A stretch of DNA of 64,000 bases from the human T2T-CHM13v2.0 reference genome, Homo sapiens, in the NCBI RefSeq assembly GCF_009914755.1, contig NC_060929.1; one strand, 5' to 3'. Each line of letters opens with the position of its first letter. Positions within the stretch are counted from its first letter, which is position 1. Below the pieces are notes generated by a model. The model was given only the letters and a program-made list of their open reading frames with translations. It was not told the DNA's origin and made no database searches. Positions 1 to 15,745 of the stretch are shown here, piece by piece. Made by a program: the position numbers and the translations under genes.

Positions 1-299
1 GCATTGCGGGCTGCTGGCCAAATCCTGCAGTAGTTGATGATATATGTCCATGCTGGGTCTTCTGGGAACCTTACTATGCATTTCCCTAACTCCGGGACCC
101 AGGCTAGTTGCTGAGGCAGAGGGAAAGGAGAACATGGCAAAAAAAATGCCGTGGGTAAAGTTAGTACCTCACAGTGACACACATCAGTACCGTCTATATT
201 TTGTTGGCCAAATGAAGCCCTGATATCACCTTGGCAGGGACATAAAATCCTAAGATGGGCCTGGAAGAAGAAACCCATTCCTAAGGCCTAGCACAAAGG

Positions 300-390
300 C
301 CTTTGACTTGTTTTCTGCAGCGTCTCCAGTGTCTAGAATGTTGTCTGGCACATGGTAGGTATTTAAAATATGTATTGAATAAACAACAAA
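300..390 (+). mobile_element. L2 3'-end fragment
   Basis: ...ccagtgtctagaatgttgtctggcacatggtaggtatttaaaatatgtattgaataaa resembles the L2 terminus. Confidence 0.6.
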
Positions 391-1867
391 TATACAAGAG
401 AAAAATGATAGTTTATATTCCACTCAGGGTTCGCTTTGGTTCCTGGACACAGTTCATTTCCTAGAACATTTTAGGAAATAACCCCAGAAAGGACCATGTT
501 TGTGAAAATTGCCTTTAATACAGATTATGAATGAGTGGAAAGCCCTTGGCTTGAGGAGACACATTAGATAGGGGCTGCATGAGTTCCAAGTTGTGTTTTA
601 TATTGGTGTAGGGGGCATTTTTTCATGTTTCTACAGAGAGTGTTTAAAGGTCAGTTTGAAAAATTGTCTGACTCTTAGAATATTAAAGGGTGAGGTGCAG
701 GACTCATTAGTGGATTTCACAACAGATCTGAGAGTAAAACTACCAAATTAACGATTAACTTTGCAGACAGATGTTAAGGGGATCCTGTTTTAACTAAAAT
801 TATGGCTCTTCTTGGGGTTACCATTGGTTCTTCCATGAAATGGCCAAAAGACACTTAAATGGCTATCCTGGGAGACTTGGCTTCCAAATCTGTAGACACA
901 TTGAGATTAATGGCCAATTCCGTCTCCTGCTTTGTCCTCAATAAGCATGGGTCCTCAGACCCACTTCCTGCCAAGAGAACAAATGTTTACAAGTGCCCTT
1001 TCCATTTCTGGGAAATCTAAAATCTGCCCATAATTTGGCTAATTTGTAGTTGATCGTGGGGAAGATAATGAGTAGGGAAAATTGAGGGAGCAGGGGACAA
1101 GGTTGCTAGGAAACAGATTCACTTCTCACATCCAAACAAATAAACTAAAGAAATGGTGTTAATGAGCCCAGTTACAGATAGTCTCAGTTCTGAGGAAGCT
1201 GAGATACAGAAGTAGCGTTACCATGAAAAAGCATTGGACAGAGGCAAAGGCTCTGGGGAAGGGAGTGGGGCATGGTGTTTCAGCACATGGATTTTGTAAA
1301 GAGACAGACTATAAAATGAGGCAAATACTAGGCTAATTTGTTAGAACAGATTTGCTGATTAAATGAAGTAGGGAAGTTTATGGAAAGGGCTTAGCACGAT
1401 ATCTACATAGAGTAGGTGGTTAGTAAATACCATAATTTTCTTGAGTTCCTGTTCTAGCTCTTCTACTGACTGCAGCATTTTCCTTTCCTAGTTCAGATAA
1501 TTTTTTAATCTTCATTGTGAATGAAGATGATGAATGATGCAAATTCTTATTCCACATCCTCTACAGAGATTGTTATGAGGGGAGATGTATGTAAACACTT
1601 TTTAAACTTAAAGGAATTTTATTCTATGAAGGACTTTCCTCATCATGATGCTGAATAGCCACTCCAAGGACCCAAGGAGTAATTTTACACAGCTGGTTAG
1701 GACTCTTTCTCTGCTGCTTCCTCCTTTCTCTGCACCTGAAATTTCAATCATCTTAGCAGCTGTGAACTCTGATCTCCATTTCCTCAATCCAGTAAAACTG
1801 CTGTTGTCTGCTTGACTCTATTTCTCTGCATCGGAATTTAGAAAATGCCCTCAAGAAGAAAGAATTT

Positions 1868-2450
1868 CGTGTGTCAAATTGGCTGTGCTTAGGGATACCC
1901 ATAGGATACTATTTCTGGATATGTCTGTGAGGGTATTTCTGGAGGAGATTAGCATTTAAATCAGCGGACTGAGTAAGGAAGATTGCCCTCACTATTGTGG
2001 ACAGGCATAATCCAGTTATTAAATGACCAAATAGAACAAAAAGATGGGAAAAGGTCAAATTCACTCTGTTTGAGCTGGGACATCCATCAGACATTGGTGT
2101 TCTTGGTTCTTGGGCCTTGAGACCAGTATTCACATCATTGGCTCCCTTGTTTCTCAGGCCTTTGAACTCAGAGTGAATTACAGCACCAGATTTCCTTGTT
2201 TTCCAGCTTGCAGATGGCAGATCATTGGACTTCTTGGCCTCCATAACCATATAAGCCAATTCCCATAATAAGCATCATCTCTCTATCTGCCTATTTATCC
2301 ATCCATCCATCCATCCATCCATCCACCTACCTACTCATCCATCCATCCATCCATCCGTCCACCTACCTACTCATCCATCCATCCATCCATCCATCCATCC
2401 ATCCATCCATCCATCAAGTTGATTCTGTTTCTCTTAAGAACTCTAACACA
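1868..2450 (+). mobile_element. MLT2-family (ERVL) solo LTR
   Basis: tgtgtcaaattggc...gtctgtgagggtatttctggaggagattagcatttaaatcagcggactgagtaaggaagattgccctc...gattctgtttctcttaagaactctaacaca. Confidence 0.85.
2297..2415 (+). repeat. (TCCA)n compound microsatellite within MLT2
   Basis: Direct reading: atcc repeats interrupted twice by acctacctactc. Confidence 0.95.
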
Positions 2451-2973
2451 GAGGGTTTTACCTCATGTGCTTCCCTTCTGTCAAAGATCATAGCCTGACA
2501 TTAATCCAGTGCCTGAGAACATTATTTTATATATATTTTTTCCATTTACAGCAGAGGTTAAGTCTGATACTTCCTATTTCATCATAACTGGAACTAGAAA
2601 TTATCCTAGCTTTCTCAAAGTTTATTCTGCTTGGTGTGACAACAAGTAAAATATCCTTCAAGTAAACGGACAAATCAATAAGATAATTATAAATTGGGCT
2701 ATGTCCTATGAAAAAAACAACAAACAAAAAATGGCACTGAAATAGAGATTGAAGGATGGGGAGGGAGGGCAGGGTTTGGGATATGATAATGCTTTGAAGA
2801 GGTTTAACTTGAAATCTAAATAATGAGTTGGGTCTTCCTTATATGAAGCAGAGATAGGAGTGGAGAACAAAGGAACATTCTGTAGAAATGCAGATTCTGA
2901 AGAAATATCACTTGCCAAAATTCATGCCACACAAACAAGAATGAGAATATTGTATTTACTCTGAATGCTGTGA

Positions 2974-3078
2974 TTTTTTTTTTTTTTTTAAGAGATGGGG
3001 TCTTTCTCTGTCACCCAGGCTAGAAGGCAATAGCATGATCATAACTCACTGCAACTTTGAACTTCTGGGCTCAAGCAA
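2974..3078 (-). mobile_element. 5'-truncated Alu monomer (FLAM/AluJ-like)
   Basis: polyT then gagatggggtctttctctgtcacccaggct...ctgggctcaagcaat; TSD tga(a/g)tgctgtgatttt at 2962-2977 and 3079-3094. Confidence 0.85.
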
Positions 3079-3270
3079 TGAGTGCTGTGATTTTAAATAG
3101 ATAACACATTGTAAGTGCTATTCAATAGGAGACCTTGAAAGGGGATAGAAATAAAGAGACCAAGACCATGCCTAGGGGCTGTATGTGGGACAAAGTTTGG
3201 AGGTATGCTATCATGTGTGCTAACTTCAAATACCTGAAGGGTTGTTATGGAGAGGGCAGGCAATTCTAGA

Positions 3271-3486
3271 GCATGGGTTGGCAAACTACAGCCCGGAAAC
3301 CAAATCCAGCTACATAGTCTTCAAACTAATGGAGAGCTACCACAGAGATTTTTTATGTTTTAAAATAACTACATTTTAAATGGTTATATTACTAAGTACA
3401 TAATAGCCTAAATTTTGTCTCCTGGCCCACAAAGCTGAAACTATTTATTATCTAGCCATTTAAGAAAAAAAGTTTGCTGACCCCTA
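3271..3486 (+). mobile_element. MER58-type hAT-Charlie MITE
   Basis: Termini catgggttggcaaactacagccc ... agtttgctgacccct, which are inverted repeats. Confidence 0.75.
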
Positions 3487-4829
3487 CTCTAGGTCTGTTA
3501 CAATAATTTAATTTGCTGTAGCAAAAGAAATGACAAGCCAATCTGGAATCAAAATTCCCTAAGGCAAAAGTGATTTCCTGAATCGGGAACTGGAGGGACC
3601 TTCCTCATAGGTCTCTCCACCCCTGCTCTGTCACTAGACAGTTTTCTCCAGCTCAACCATGCACAGAAGACTGACATTTAGTTTCTTGAGAAAAACACAG
3701 AGGCACTGGGCCAGCTGTCTAAGTATTTGACTTCGTGGAATTGGATGGTTTTCTATTTGGTTGAGACAATCGTGTGATTTAAAAACACACAATTAGTGAC
3801 TACATCCAAATTGATACATTGTTTTACTGAGCTTAATTATCCCCCCAGCCTCTCCTCAATTGGATTTAAGCATAGACAAAGTCCTTGAATAACAGATTAG
3901 TGACCCAAATTAATCTGTGATAGGTCACCAACTAGCAGGGAAGTCTAGATTATAAAGTAGACCAGTTCCTCAGGAACTAGGCTATAGGATGAGGTAGTTC
4001 AGAAGGAAAACACTTGTTTTAGAGTAGTCTTCCCCAGCAAAAACCAAACAAGTGATGGAATGTCCTGGAGTATGGTACATACTTCATTCATTTGTGTATT
4101 TATCAAACAAGGAGCTCACAGTCCAAAGAAGATACAGATATAAATAATAGTGAGTGTGTGGAATATATATTTAGTTTTTATAGGTTTGCAGGTATCTCCA
4201 GAGTGCTATAAAACTTACAGGACAAGCATGTAGCTTGGCTTTGAGGGAGGCCAAAATAGTTTTCTGGAGGGGATGGCACCTGGGAATCTTACAGAATGGT
4301 TAGAGGTTATTCAGATGAAAGGGCGTGGGGAAGATACATGAGTAGAATGACTTAGGAAAAGCCATGAAGAAACTTAGTGTTCTGAGTAGATCAGAGTGCT
4401 GAGAAATGATGCTGGAGAGTCAAAAATGGCAGGGCCATGCTATGCTAAGGAATTTGAATATTATCCTGAGGACAATTGGAAGCTAACAAGAGATATTAAC
4501 AGTGACATGATTATATTTGAATTTTTAGAAAGATTGTTCTGATAGTACAACAAGGAGTCAGGTGGAATGACTTACTCAGACTGGGCTTGGGGGTTCTGTT
4601 AAGATTGTTGTTGCAGTTATCTAAGTGATAGATGACAATGTTGTAGGCAGTAGTAAGGGTGATGGGGAGAGGACTATGAAGTACCAAGGAGGTTAAATGA
4701 ACAAGATTAACTGTTGCTGGGATATTTGCAGCAAATGAGGAAAGAGAAGTCAACAGTTCATGTTGACCTCCTTGGTACTTCATCATCCTTTCCCCATCAC
4801 CCTTACTACTGCCTACATCACTGGCATCC

Positions 4830-5545
<716 letters not shown>

Positions 5546-6529
5546 ACCATTCAGATCTATATTAAATGAGACAAGCATAGCAGGAGAGATATGAAAAAAT
5601 TAAAAGCAAGGGAAGGGATAATTTGCAATATAAAATAGTACTGAGCACTATGGGGGGTTTGACATGGGAATCAGGGAAGGGTCACTGGAATAAGTGGTAT
5701 TTGAAATAAGGATGAGTTTTCATAAAGGAGATTTGGCTGTGTCTCTTATGAGGAGGTTGAAAGTGTTAGCAAATACTTGAAAGACAGCAGTGTGTGTAGG
5801 GGAATCATCCTTTCAAAGGTAGGTAAGTGCTTGCAGTTCACAGTAATTATTGCCATCTTTCCTCTCATTTGACTGTGGCAATATTCTCATGAAAAGGTCT
5901 TGGGTAAGTAGCATGATTTCCTTTTCAGAGGCTCTTGGGTAAAATGATGCTTCCAAACTCTCTACTTTGTAAGGGAAGCCATGGCTTGAACCCACATGAT
6001 ACTTGAGTATAATAAAGCAACATGAAGCTAGATCCAAATGGAAAGGTCAGGCATGTGCTGCTTGGGTACACACCTGGACAAAAATAGCTCTCTCAAACAA
6101 GAGACCTGCTAACAACAGAAGATATACAGTGCTTGCACTGTATATCCTAGAAGATTGGGAGCTGAAATTTGGATAGCAGACTGAGCATTTTAGGGAAAAC
6201 TTCAAGGACACTGAACCAGAATCAACCAACACCAATGAGGTGGGTGGGGGTGACCTTTATTCTCTTACTCCTGGGAAGTAGTAACTTGCATGTAGCCATT
6301 TGGAAACGATGTACCATACATCCAGGTATTTTTTAGTCCAAGCTTCTGAGACAAAGATTTAAAGTTGGAAGAACTCTTAGCAGCCATCTTACTCGACGTT
6401 TTCCAAAGAGTTGTCTACAAAATGAGAATTCTACTGGGTGTTAGTAGGTAATATACAGAATTAAAAAAAAGGAGGATTTTTGGTCAAATAGCTTTGAAAA
6501 ACTCTGGATAAACAGATATAAATATGTTT

Positions 6530-8180
6530 TTAAAGAAACACTTTATTTTAGAATAGTTTTACATTTACAGAAACATTGGAGAAATAGTACAGAGTTTCCA
6601 TGCATAACAACCAGTTTTCTCTGTTATTAACATCTGACATTAGTGTGGTACATTTTTAACAATTAATGAACTGATATTGATACATCATTATTCATTACAG
6701 TTTATACTTTATGCATATTTTCTTAGGTTTTTTTTTTTGCGGGGGCTCTGATATCTTTTTTTTGTTCCAGGACCCCATTCACTATAGCACATTACGTTAA
6801 GATGGCGTGTTTCTTGAGGCTCTTCTTGGCTACTGTAGTTTATCAGGCTTTCCTTGTTTCAGGTAATCTTGAAAGTTTTTAACAGTACTGGTCATGTATT
6901 TTGTAGAATGACTCTCTAGTGAAATTTGTCTAATATTTTTCTCACAATTAGACTGGGATTATGACTTTTTTGGGAGTAAGACTGTGTAGATAAAGTGCTA
7001 TTCTCATTACATCATATTAAGGCTATATACTATCAGGATGACTTAACCATTGTTGGTGTTAATCTTGGTTAACTGGCTTTGGTAGTGTTTGTTAATTTTC
7101 CCCACTTTAGAGTTACTCTTGTTTTTTTTGCAGTACTGTAATTTTTGGAAGAAAGTCACTATGTGCAGTTGATATATAATGTGTAGAAAGTTATTCTCTA
7201 TCTCCTTGGGGCAGAGTATCTACATAAAGCATTTGGAATTTTTCAGCATGAGAGATTTGCCTATTCTCTTCCATTTATTAATTTCATCATTTATTTATAT
7301 CAATATAGACTCATAGATATTTACTTTATATATTGGGTTATAATTCAATATAATTTTATTTTGTTGTTCAAATTATTCCATTTTTGGCTACTAGGAGCTT
7401 AAATTTCTTCCTATGTTCTTTTGACATACTTTCATCATTGTGGTTTTTTCTTTGTTTTGTTTTTGTTTTTGTTTTGTTCTTGTTTTTGTTTTGTTCATTT
7501 TAGCATGTGCTTACTTTATGACATAAGATGTTTCAGGCTAATTTTGTGTATTTTCTGCTCTAGTACTAAAATCAGATATTTTCCAAGGAGTCTGTTTTTT
7601 AATATATGAATAGTATTAGAAACCGAGACCTGGGGGCTATATATGCTTTTTGAAACTTGTGTGCCACTGCCTCTAGGAACTCTCAGCTGACAGATTTAAA
7701 AAAAAGTATATGTTTATATTAATTGATGTATGTATACCTATCTATAAATATTTCTGTATGTAACATCTGTATTTATATTAAGCAAAACATAATTTCACAT
7801 TGATGTCTCCAACTCTAATCCTTCATTTACAACATTCTAGCCTTCCCCTTGCTTTTCTGCAGTTTCCAGCTTCAGCAATGAAAACCTGGTTTCCATCATC
7901 TGTCATCCAATTAGTTAATTGTTGAATTCCAGTATATATGCTTAGAGGTTTCAGACTTGACTTCTACTCCCTGGGAAAAAAACTTTATCAACCAGAGTAT
8001 ACTGTTTATGTATAGTTTCTTTTGTCTTTGATCTTATAGATTCCACTAATTTCTAACGTTAGTTTTATCCTACCCCTTTGAATAAGGTTGCTTTATGCAT
8101 TTGTACTAAAGTCTTTTGCCATATTCTGCATTCCATCCTGGGATTCCCCTATTTCCTAATTTTTTAAAAAATTTGCATGC
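6530..8180 (-). mobile_element. Old L1M (L1MC/ME-like) 3' region
   Basis: ttttagaatagttttacatttacagaaacattggagaaatagtacagagtttcc... is typical of an antisense L1MC 3' end; T-rich. Confidence 0.7.
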
Positions 8181-8189
8181 CTAATGTAT

Positions 8190-8407
8190 ACCCCAATTCC
8201 AGACATCTAGAAGGGAAGCAGGTGTTCAACATACACCATATTGTTTGCATGAGTAGTTAAGGCAAAGTGAGCCACTCTTATCAGTCCTTGGAATGGTGGA
8301 AACTCTTCTTACATCCAGGTTCCCAGATGCTAGCAGAAGAGCAACCTTGCAAGCAGGTTTTCCTATGGTTAATAGTCTCAGGCCTACTATGTTAACTCTT
8401 ATGCACA
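8190..8407 (-). mobile_element. MER21-like LTR fragment
   Basis: ccaggttcccagatgctagc...caaccttgcaagcagg...agtctcaggcctactatgttaactcttatgcaca. Confidence 0.7.
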
Positions 8408-8409
8408 TT

Positions 8410-9965
<1,556 letters not shown>

Positions 9966-11066
9966 TTACATAAATATGCTTTTATTTCAGGGCTTCTCAG
10001 AACCATTAGTGTTCAAATGTGAATTATGAATATCTAAGAAAGATAAATAGTTTGTAGCACTTTCCAAACTTATATGAATTTGAAATTCTATTTTTTTCTG
10101 GGCATATATTGCATGACTCCAGAGATGATGCCCTTAATTTGACAAAATGAAACAATGAAGCTCACTGAGAAAATGGTATCTTGCTAGGTTAATAATTTGA
10201 TGAGGATCAAGGACTGAACTAAACACTTATTACTTTATTTTGTGGCTATGAATATATTTCAGTCACATCTGTCTTTGGCACATATCTTCACATATATCTC
10301 AGATAATCTTATAGTTAGTTACAAGCTCAGAGAAGCATAATGTAGATATTATCTGGCTTGAAAGATTCCAGTGATTCATGGTAGATGAATAGCTTTTCAT
10401 CTAACTTAGGCTTTGAAAAATAGTGATTAAAAGTGATTATATATTAAATATAATTTTCTTCATATTTTGATGATGCAGCATTATACAATTTAATATTAAG
10501 GATAATAGTAACATAATTCTTATTATCCCTTACCTCCAGTGTCCATTGGCACTCATCCAATAAACATAATGGAGTTGGGGGACACTCATTGAAAACTATA
10601 AAGTAGTGAAGTGAACAAATTGAAGTAGTTGTGAAGCCCATCAATCTCACTGAGCTTTCATTGCCTTTAAAATGCATTCCCCTGACTCTTCTCACTTTCC
10701 TAAGGGTAATGGCACTGTTTTGTTACTCTGTTCACCTAAATAGAGCTGTACTAATGAGTGATTCTAAAAGGCTTTAAGATGGTTAATATAATTGGCCTCT
10801 CAATTAAATGCTTCTTTTCTTCTGAACCTCCACCAACTTATTCAAGCACTTCTGAAAGGCCATTGAAGTCATCCTTGAGGTCCCCAGGCTAAGTGGTTAC
10901 AGAAATGGCAAGGTGTGTGCCTTTCTAGTACCTCACCCTCTGCTTGGTTTATGTCTTTTTATTGAAGTGGTAGGCAAGTTGAAAACATCACCAATGGATG
11001 GTTCTATTGGTGGACTGGTAAAATATCCAGATTATCAGTTTCTAATCATTTTGTGATCATGCGTTC

Positions 11067-11826
11067 TGTGGTGGGTTGAATAGTGCCTCCTAAAAAGAAA
11101 TATCGAAATTTGTCTGAGCGCGGTGGCTCATACCTATAATCCTAGCACTTTGGGAGGCTGAGATGAGTGGATCACTTGAGGCCAGGAATTCGAGACTAGC
11201 CTGGCCAACGTAGTGAAACCCTGTCTCTACTAAAAATATAAAAATTAGCTGTGCATGGTGGTGCATGCCTGCAGTCCCTGCTACTCAGGAGGCTGAGGCA
11301 TGAGAATCGTTTGGACCCCGGAGGTGGAGTTTGCAGTGAGCTGAGATTGTGCCATTGAATTCCAGCCTGGGAAGCAGAGTAAGACTCTCTCTCAAAAAAG
11401 AAAAAAAAAAAAAAGATAAAAGGAATATCCAAATGTTAACACTCAGCAATATTGAATATGACCTTACTTGGGGTCTTGGCAGATGCTATTAAGTTAATGA
11501 TATCAAGATGAGATCATATTGGATCATCTGGGTAGTCCCTAAATCCAATGGCAAGTGTCCTCATAAAAGAAAAAGAGGAGCAGATACAGGAAGAAGAGAA
11601 GGGCATGTGAAGATGGAGGCAGAGGGTAGAGTTCTGTTGGAGAAAGTCAAATGCCTAGAGCAACAGGAGCTGGAAGATGTAAGTAAGAAAGGATTCTCCC
11701 CTAGACGCCTTGGAGGGAGCAGGGCCCAGCCAATACCTTGATCTTGAACTTCTCAAGTCCTCTTATTCTAGGACTATAAGATAATACATTTTTGTTGTTT
11801 TAAGCCATCACATTTGTGGTAATTTG
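11067..11826 (+). mobile_element. MLT1C-like MaLR LTR, interrupted by an Alu
   Basis: tgtggtgggttgaatagtgcctcc...gaatatgaccttac...gagatcatattggat...ccctaaatccaatggcaagtgtcctcataaaag...ttgttttaagcc. Confidence 0.85.
11112..11420 (+). mobile_element. Alu (S/J) element
   Basis: Full dimer plus polyA; degenerate TSD aaa(a/g)gaa(a)tatc(g/c)aaat. Confidence 0.95.
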
Positions 11827-12038
11827 GATATAACCTATGCACATCCTCCCGTATACTTTAAATAATCTCTACAATACTTCTAATACAATGTAAATGTTAT
11901 GTAAATAGTTGTTACACTGTAATGTTTTATTTGTATTATTTTTATTGCTTTATTATTATTTTTAAGTTTTTAAAAAAATTTGAATATTTTCAACGCATGG
12001 TTGGTACAAAACCTGTGGATTAGGAGGGCCAGGACTGT
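11827..12038 (+). mobile_element. MER2 (Tigger MITE), 3' part
   Basis: atataacctatgcacatcctcccgtatactttaaa...tacaatgtaaatgttatgtaaatagttg; homologous to the copy at 58410-58720. Confidence 0.8.
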
Positions 12039-12514
12039 GTTCAGAACTGGCCTTGCAGGTATTAGATACTTAACATAGAACTCTCATTGCAAGCCCTTTG
12101 GCAAATTGCTAATGTCAGAGAAGGCAAGAAATACCACTGGGGCATTTTTCAGAGCCCAAGGAGGCTTCACAATTAGACTAACAGCTTACAAGATAAGTTG
12201 AGTATAGCCAATTGAGAAGGATTGACCTAATTCTTCCTTCTTAATTACCTTAATTTTATGCATCCTGTAATTAATTGAATGACTTAGTGATTACAGCTGC
12301 TTTCTCTATGTTCAGCTAGGGATGAAAACAAGTTGCCATCAGAAACATAGGTGGATGGAGGAAAAGGAGAGATTAGGGAATGGGTCAGAGATAGGAGTCT
12401 GCACAAACTCTATGCTCCATAGTGATACAGAAATCACTGTGGTATTTTGCTTCTGAAGAATGTATATGTCTTCCTGGTAAGAGGAAAGGAAAGGGAATGC
12501 TCAGATTCTAGGAC

Positions 12515-12745
12515 TAGAGTTTAACTTTGACATTTTGGGCCAGATATTATTGCAGGAGACAGCGGGGCTGTCACGTCCATTGTAGGATGTTTAGCAGTGT
12601 CTTTGCTCTGTCCACTAGATATCAGTTCTCCCACTAGATAACAGTCTCCACAAGTTATGACGAATAAAAATGTTTTCAGACATTGCCAAATATCCCCCTG
12701 GGGTCTTCCCTGAGAGAGAAGATCATCCCCAGATGAGAATAACTG
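12515..12745 (+). mobile_element. MER20 hAT MITE
   Basis: gacattttgggccagata...cattgtaggatgtttagcag...cagacattgccaaatatccccctgggg...gagaataactg. Confidence 0.85.
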
Positions 12746-13099
12746 GACTAGACTGTTGATGAGGTTAACCATTGGTTACAGGGCTGCTGTATGCAGCTAC
12801 ACAAGCTATGCAGTGACAATTTCACACAGCACCATTCTCACAGACTTCAATATTGTTGTGACAACTTATTTCAGATTTTTAAAAATATCTGCAACCCAAG
12901 GGTTTGGCCTTTAATGTTGAGGCTTTGTAGGCTAAGAACATGTACTTCTTAATTTAAATACAATGTAAAAATTTTGCAGAAGCTGTGTGCCCATCAGAAT
13001 GTCTGATAACTTTAACTTCTTAGAAGATGAGCCACTGGGATCACATTGATCTCTGCCAGTGTTCTTGCCTTCCTCCCCACTATTGCCTAGACCTTATTA

Positions 13100-13330
13100 C
13101 AGGTTGAGCATCCGAAATTCACAAAATAAATCTGAAACGCTCCAAAATTTAAAACTTTTTGAGTGCTAACATGATGTTCAAAGGAAATGCTTATTGTAGC
13201 ATTTCGGATTTCAGATTTTCAGATTTGGGATACTCAATCAGTACAGTGCACATATTCCAAAATCTGAAAAAAATTTGAAATCTAAAACACTTCTGGCCCC
13301 AAACATTTCGATAAAGGAGTGCTCAACCTG
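13100..13330 (+). mobile_element. Tigger4a/MER46-type MITE, complete
   Basis: TIRs caggttgagca / tgctcaacctg, flanked by TA at 13098-13099 and 13331-13332. Confidence 0.9.
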
Positions 13331-13339
13331 TATCATCAG

Positions 13340-14950
13340 TAACTGTGTCACCTCTGAAATCTTTATTTCAAATATCTTACTCCCTGATTGCCAGCTTCTG
13401 TGCTCTTTGTCTTGATTCATCTAGTCCTCTCTCTACAACAATATTTTCACCCCAACTGGGTCTCCAATGCATTGACCTCATCATTTTACCCGACTATTCT
13501 TTTACCTACATTTGCCTTTTTACCCAGTTTAGACGCTCTTGTTCATCATGGTAATCATTCCCTTGTAAACATCCTCAATGACATTGCCTTTCTAGCCCTC
13601 TGATATGTTGGTATGGCTAAACCCAATTCAGATTGAATTTAATTATTTACCGTGTCTGAACCTGAATTTAAACAGATGAGCATTTGTACCCAAATGAAAA
13701 ACACACATATGGTAGGGTGACCCATTGCAGCTTAATTTCAAGATGTCAGACTTCAAATGGACCTCACACTGCCTAGAATTTTCATCCTGGTAAGCATGGT
13801 TTCTCCTTGTCAGGACAATTCTTTCATACTTTACTCCCTCAGGTGTCTTACCATCCCTGTCCCCATATCTGATAACCTTGCCTGAACAAATAGAAGCAGG
13901 GGGGACTTTCTCATATACACATTATCAAATCCAGAACATACCTTTGTTTGGATCTATATTTATGTTTTCCATCTTTTCATTGCTTCTACCAAGGGTCAGT
14001 CTCCTGTGCTCTCGGTGCCAGAGACTGTAACTTCCTCAATGATTCACTTCTGTGGTTTCCCCTACCTCTGACAGCACAGTTTCTTCCTTTTAACCAAATT
14101 ATTCCAATTGCATATGAATACACTGTGGGTTCTCACATTTTACATTGCCCTCCCATGATCCACATTCTACTTCTTCATCATCATATTTCTCTCTTCTTCT
14201 TCATAGTAAATAATCTTAAAGGAGTGTTCTGTATTCATTGCATCAGGTTCCCTGTCTTCCACTGTTTCTTTAATCTACTCCAATCTTGCTTTTACCATCA
14301 TTACTTCTCCAAAACCTTTTCTGTGCATGATAATCCTGTTGCCAAAACAGGTGGACATTTCTTTGAACTCTTTTTTTCACCATTTACTATTGACCTCTTC
14401 TTGAAGCTGTTCTTTTGTTTTCTAGAATACCACTCTCTCTTAATATTCCTCTTGCCTCTTTAATCATCCTTTTTTGTCTTTTTGTTTACTGTTTCTTTCT
14501 TCTCAATCCTACCTTTAGTTCTTAGACTTCTCTACCTGTTGGTTCTGGATGATCTTCTCTGTCTACACATTCACATACAGTGACCTCATTCACTCCATGA
14601 CTTTAAATGCCAAATGGACAAAGATGGCCCTGAAATTTATAACTACAATACTATATTCTTTCCTGTGTTCCAGATTTATATATCCAGCTGACTCTTTACT
14701 ATCTCTAATTGGATATATTATAGGTATGTCAAATTCACGTTTTCAAAACAATGTTTTAAAATTTCTCTTTTTTCTTCTTTCAGGTTCCTCTTCAACACTT
14801 TCTCATCTTAGTAATTGACACCCTCAACCCACTCAGCTACTCAACCCAAGAACCCAGAAGTCAACCTTGATTTGTTACTTACTTTCATTCCCTGCATATA
14901 ATTCTTCAGCATGACATTTCATTCTGTTTCTGAAATATATCTTCTTTCCC
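13340..14950 (+). mobile_element. L2 (degenerate)
   Basis: Pyrimidine-rich L2 ORF2-type sequence: ccatgactttaaatgcc...cagatttatatatccagctgactc...aacccaagaacccagaagtcaaccttga; further L2 pieces at about 15380-15470 and 16060-16480. Confidence 0.65.
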
Positions 14951-14951
14951 T

Positions 14952-15380
14952 TGTCAAAAGGGACCAATACCAGACATTTATTAAAGTTGGCAAGACAGAT
15001 TTTATTCAGACTACTTCAACAGGGGAGAGAGACACAGTATACACTGAGCTCAACTCCAGCTAAGACAAATGTGACAGAGGGTTTTAAAGGGAAAACAGAG
15101 AAAACACAAAGGAGCTCTGGGGAAGTAAAAAGGAGGAAATAAAAAAAAAGATTAAGGGAGCTGTGGAGCAATAGAAAATTACAGAGGGCAGTACGTGAAG
15201 AATTACTGAAAATGGTTTGGGATTGTGGGTTGGAACAATGTATATTTCATGGTTTGGTGGCATTGTGTGTCACCTTAAGGGACATGGTATAGTGCAGGTG
15301 GCAGCCAGGCTAAAGTTTGGTCACGTCTCTTAGCACAATGTTTAGGCAAATCCTTTGTGCTGTGTGGAAGTTCATACCCT
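14952..15380. mobile_element. ERV LTR-like insertion (family uncertain) interrupting L2
   Basis: tgtcaaaagggacc...ggcaagacagattttattcagactac...gagctcaactcc is LTR-like and breaks the L2 continuity. Confidence 0.45.
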
Positions 15381-15489
15381 CTTCACTGTTACCACCTTGT
15401 CTGTCATCTGTCATCTGATCTTTTGAAAGGGCCTCTTCAGTGGTCTCCTTGCACCTATTTTTGCCCGATATAAACAAAATTGTGTGTTA

Positions 15490-15745
15490 ATTATGGAAAT
15501 GCAAGTCAAAACCACAATGATGTACCACTTCACACCCACTAGAATGGCTATAATAACAAATAAAAATAAAGACATAACAAGTATTGGTGAGGATGTGGAG
15601 AAATTGGAAACTTTATACATTGCTGGTGGGAGTTAAATGATATAGCTACTTGGAAAACGTCTCAGCAGTTTCTTAAACATAGAGTTACCATATGACCCAG
15701 CAATTTCATTCCTAGATAACTACCCAAGAGAAAGAAAACATGTGT
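15490..15745 (+). mobile_element. L1M ORF2 3' fragment
   Basis: gaaatgcaagtcaaaaccacaatga...ggtgaggatgtggagaaattggaa...tgacccagcaatttcattcctag. Confidence 0.8.

Noticed and set aside
13948-14463. 171-aa hydrophobic ORF
   Set aside because: Lies in pyrimidine-rich degenerate L2, has a non-ATG start and no recognisable domain
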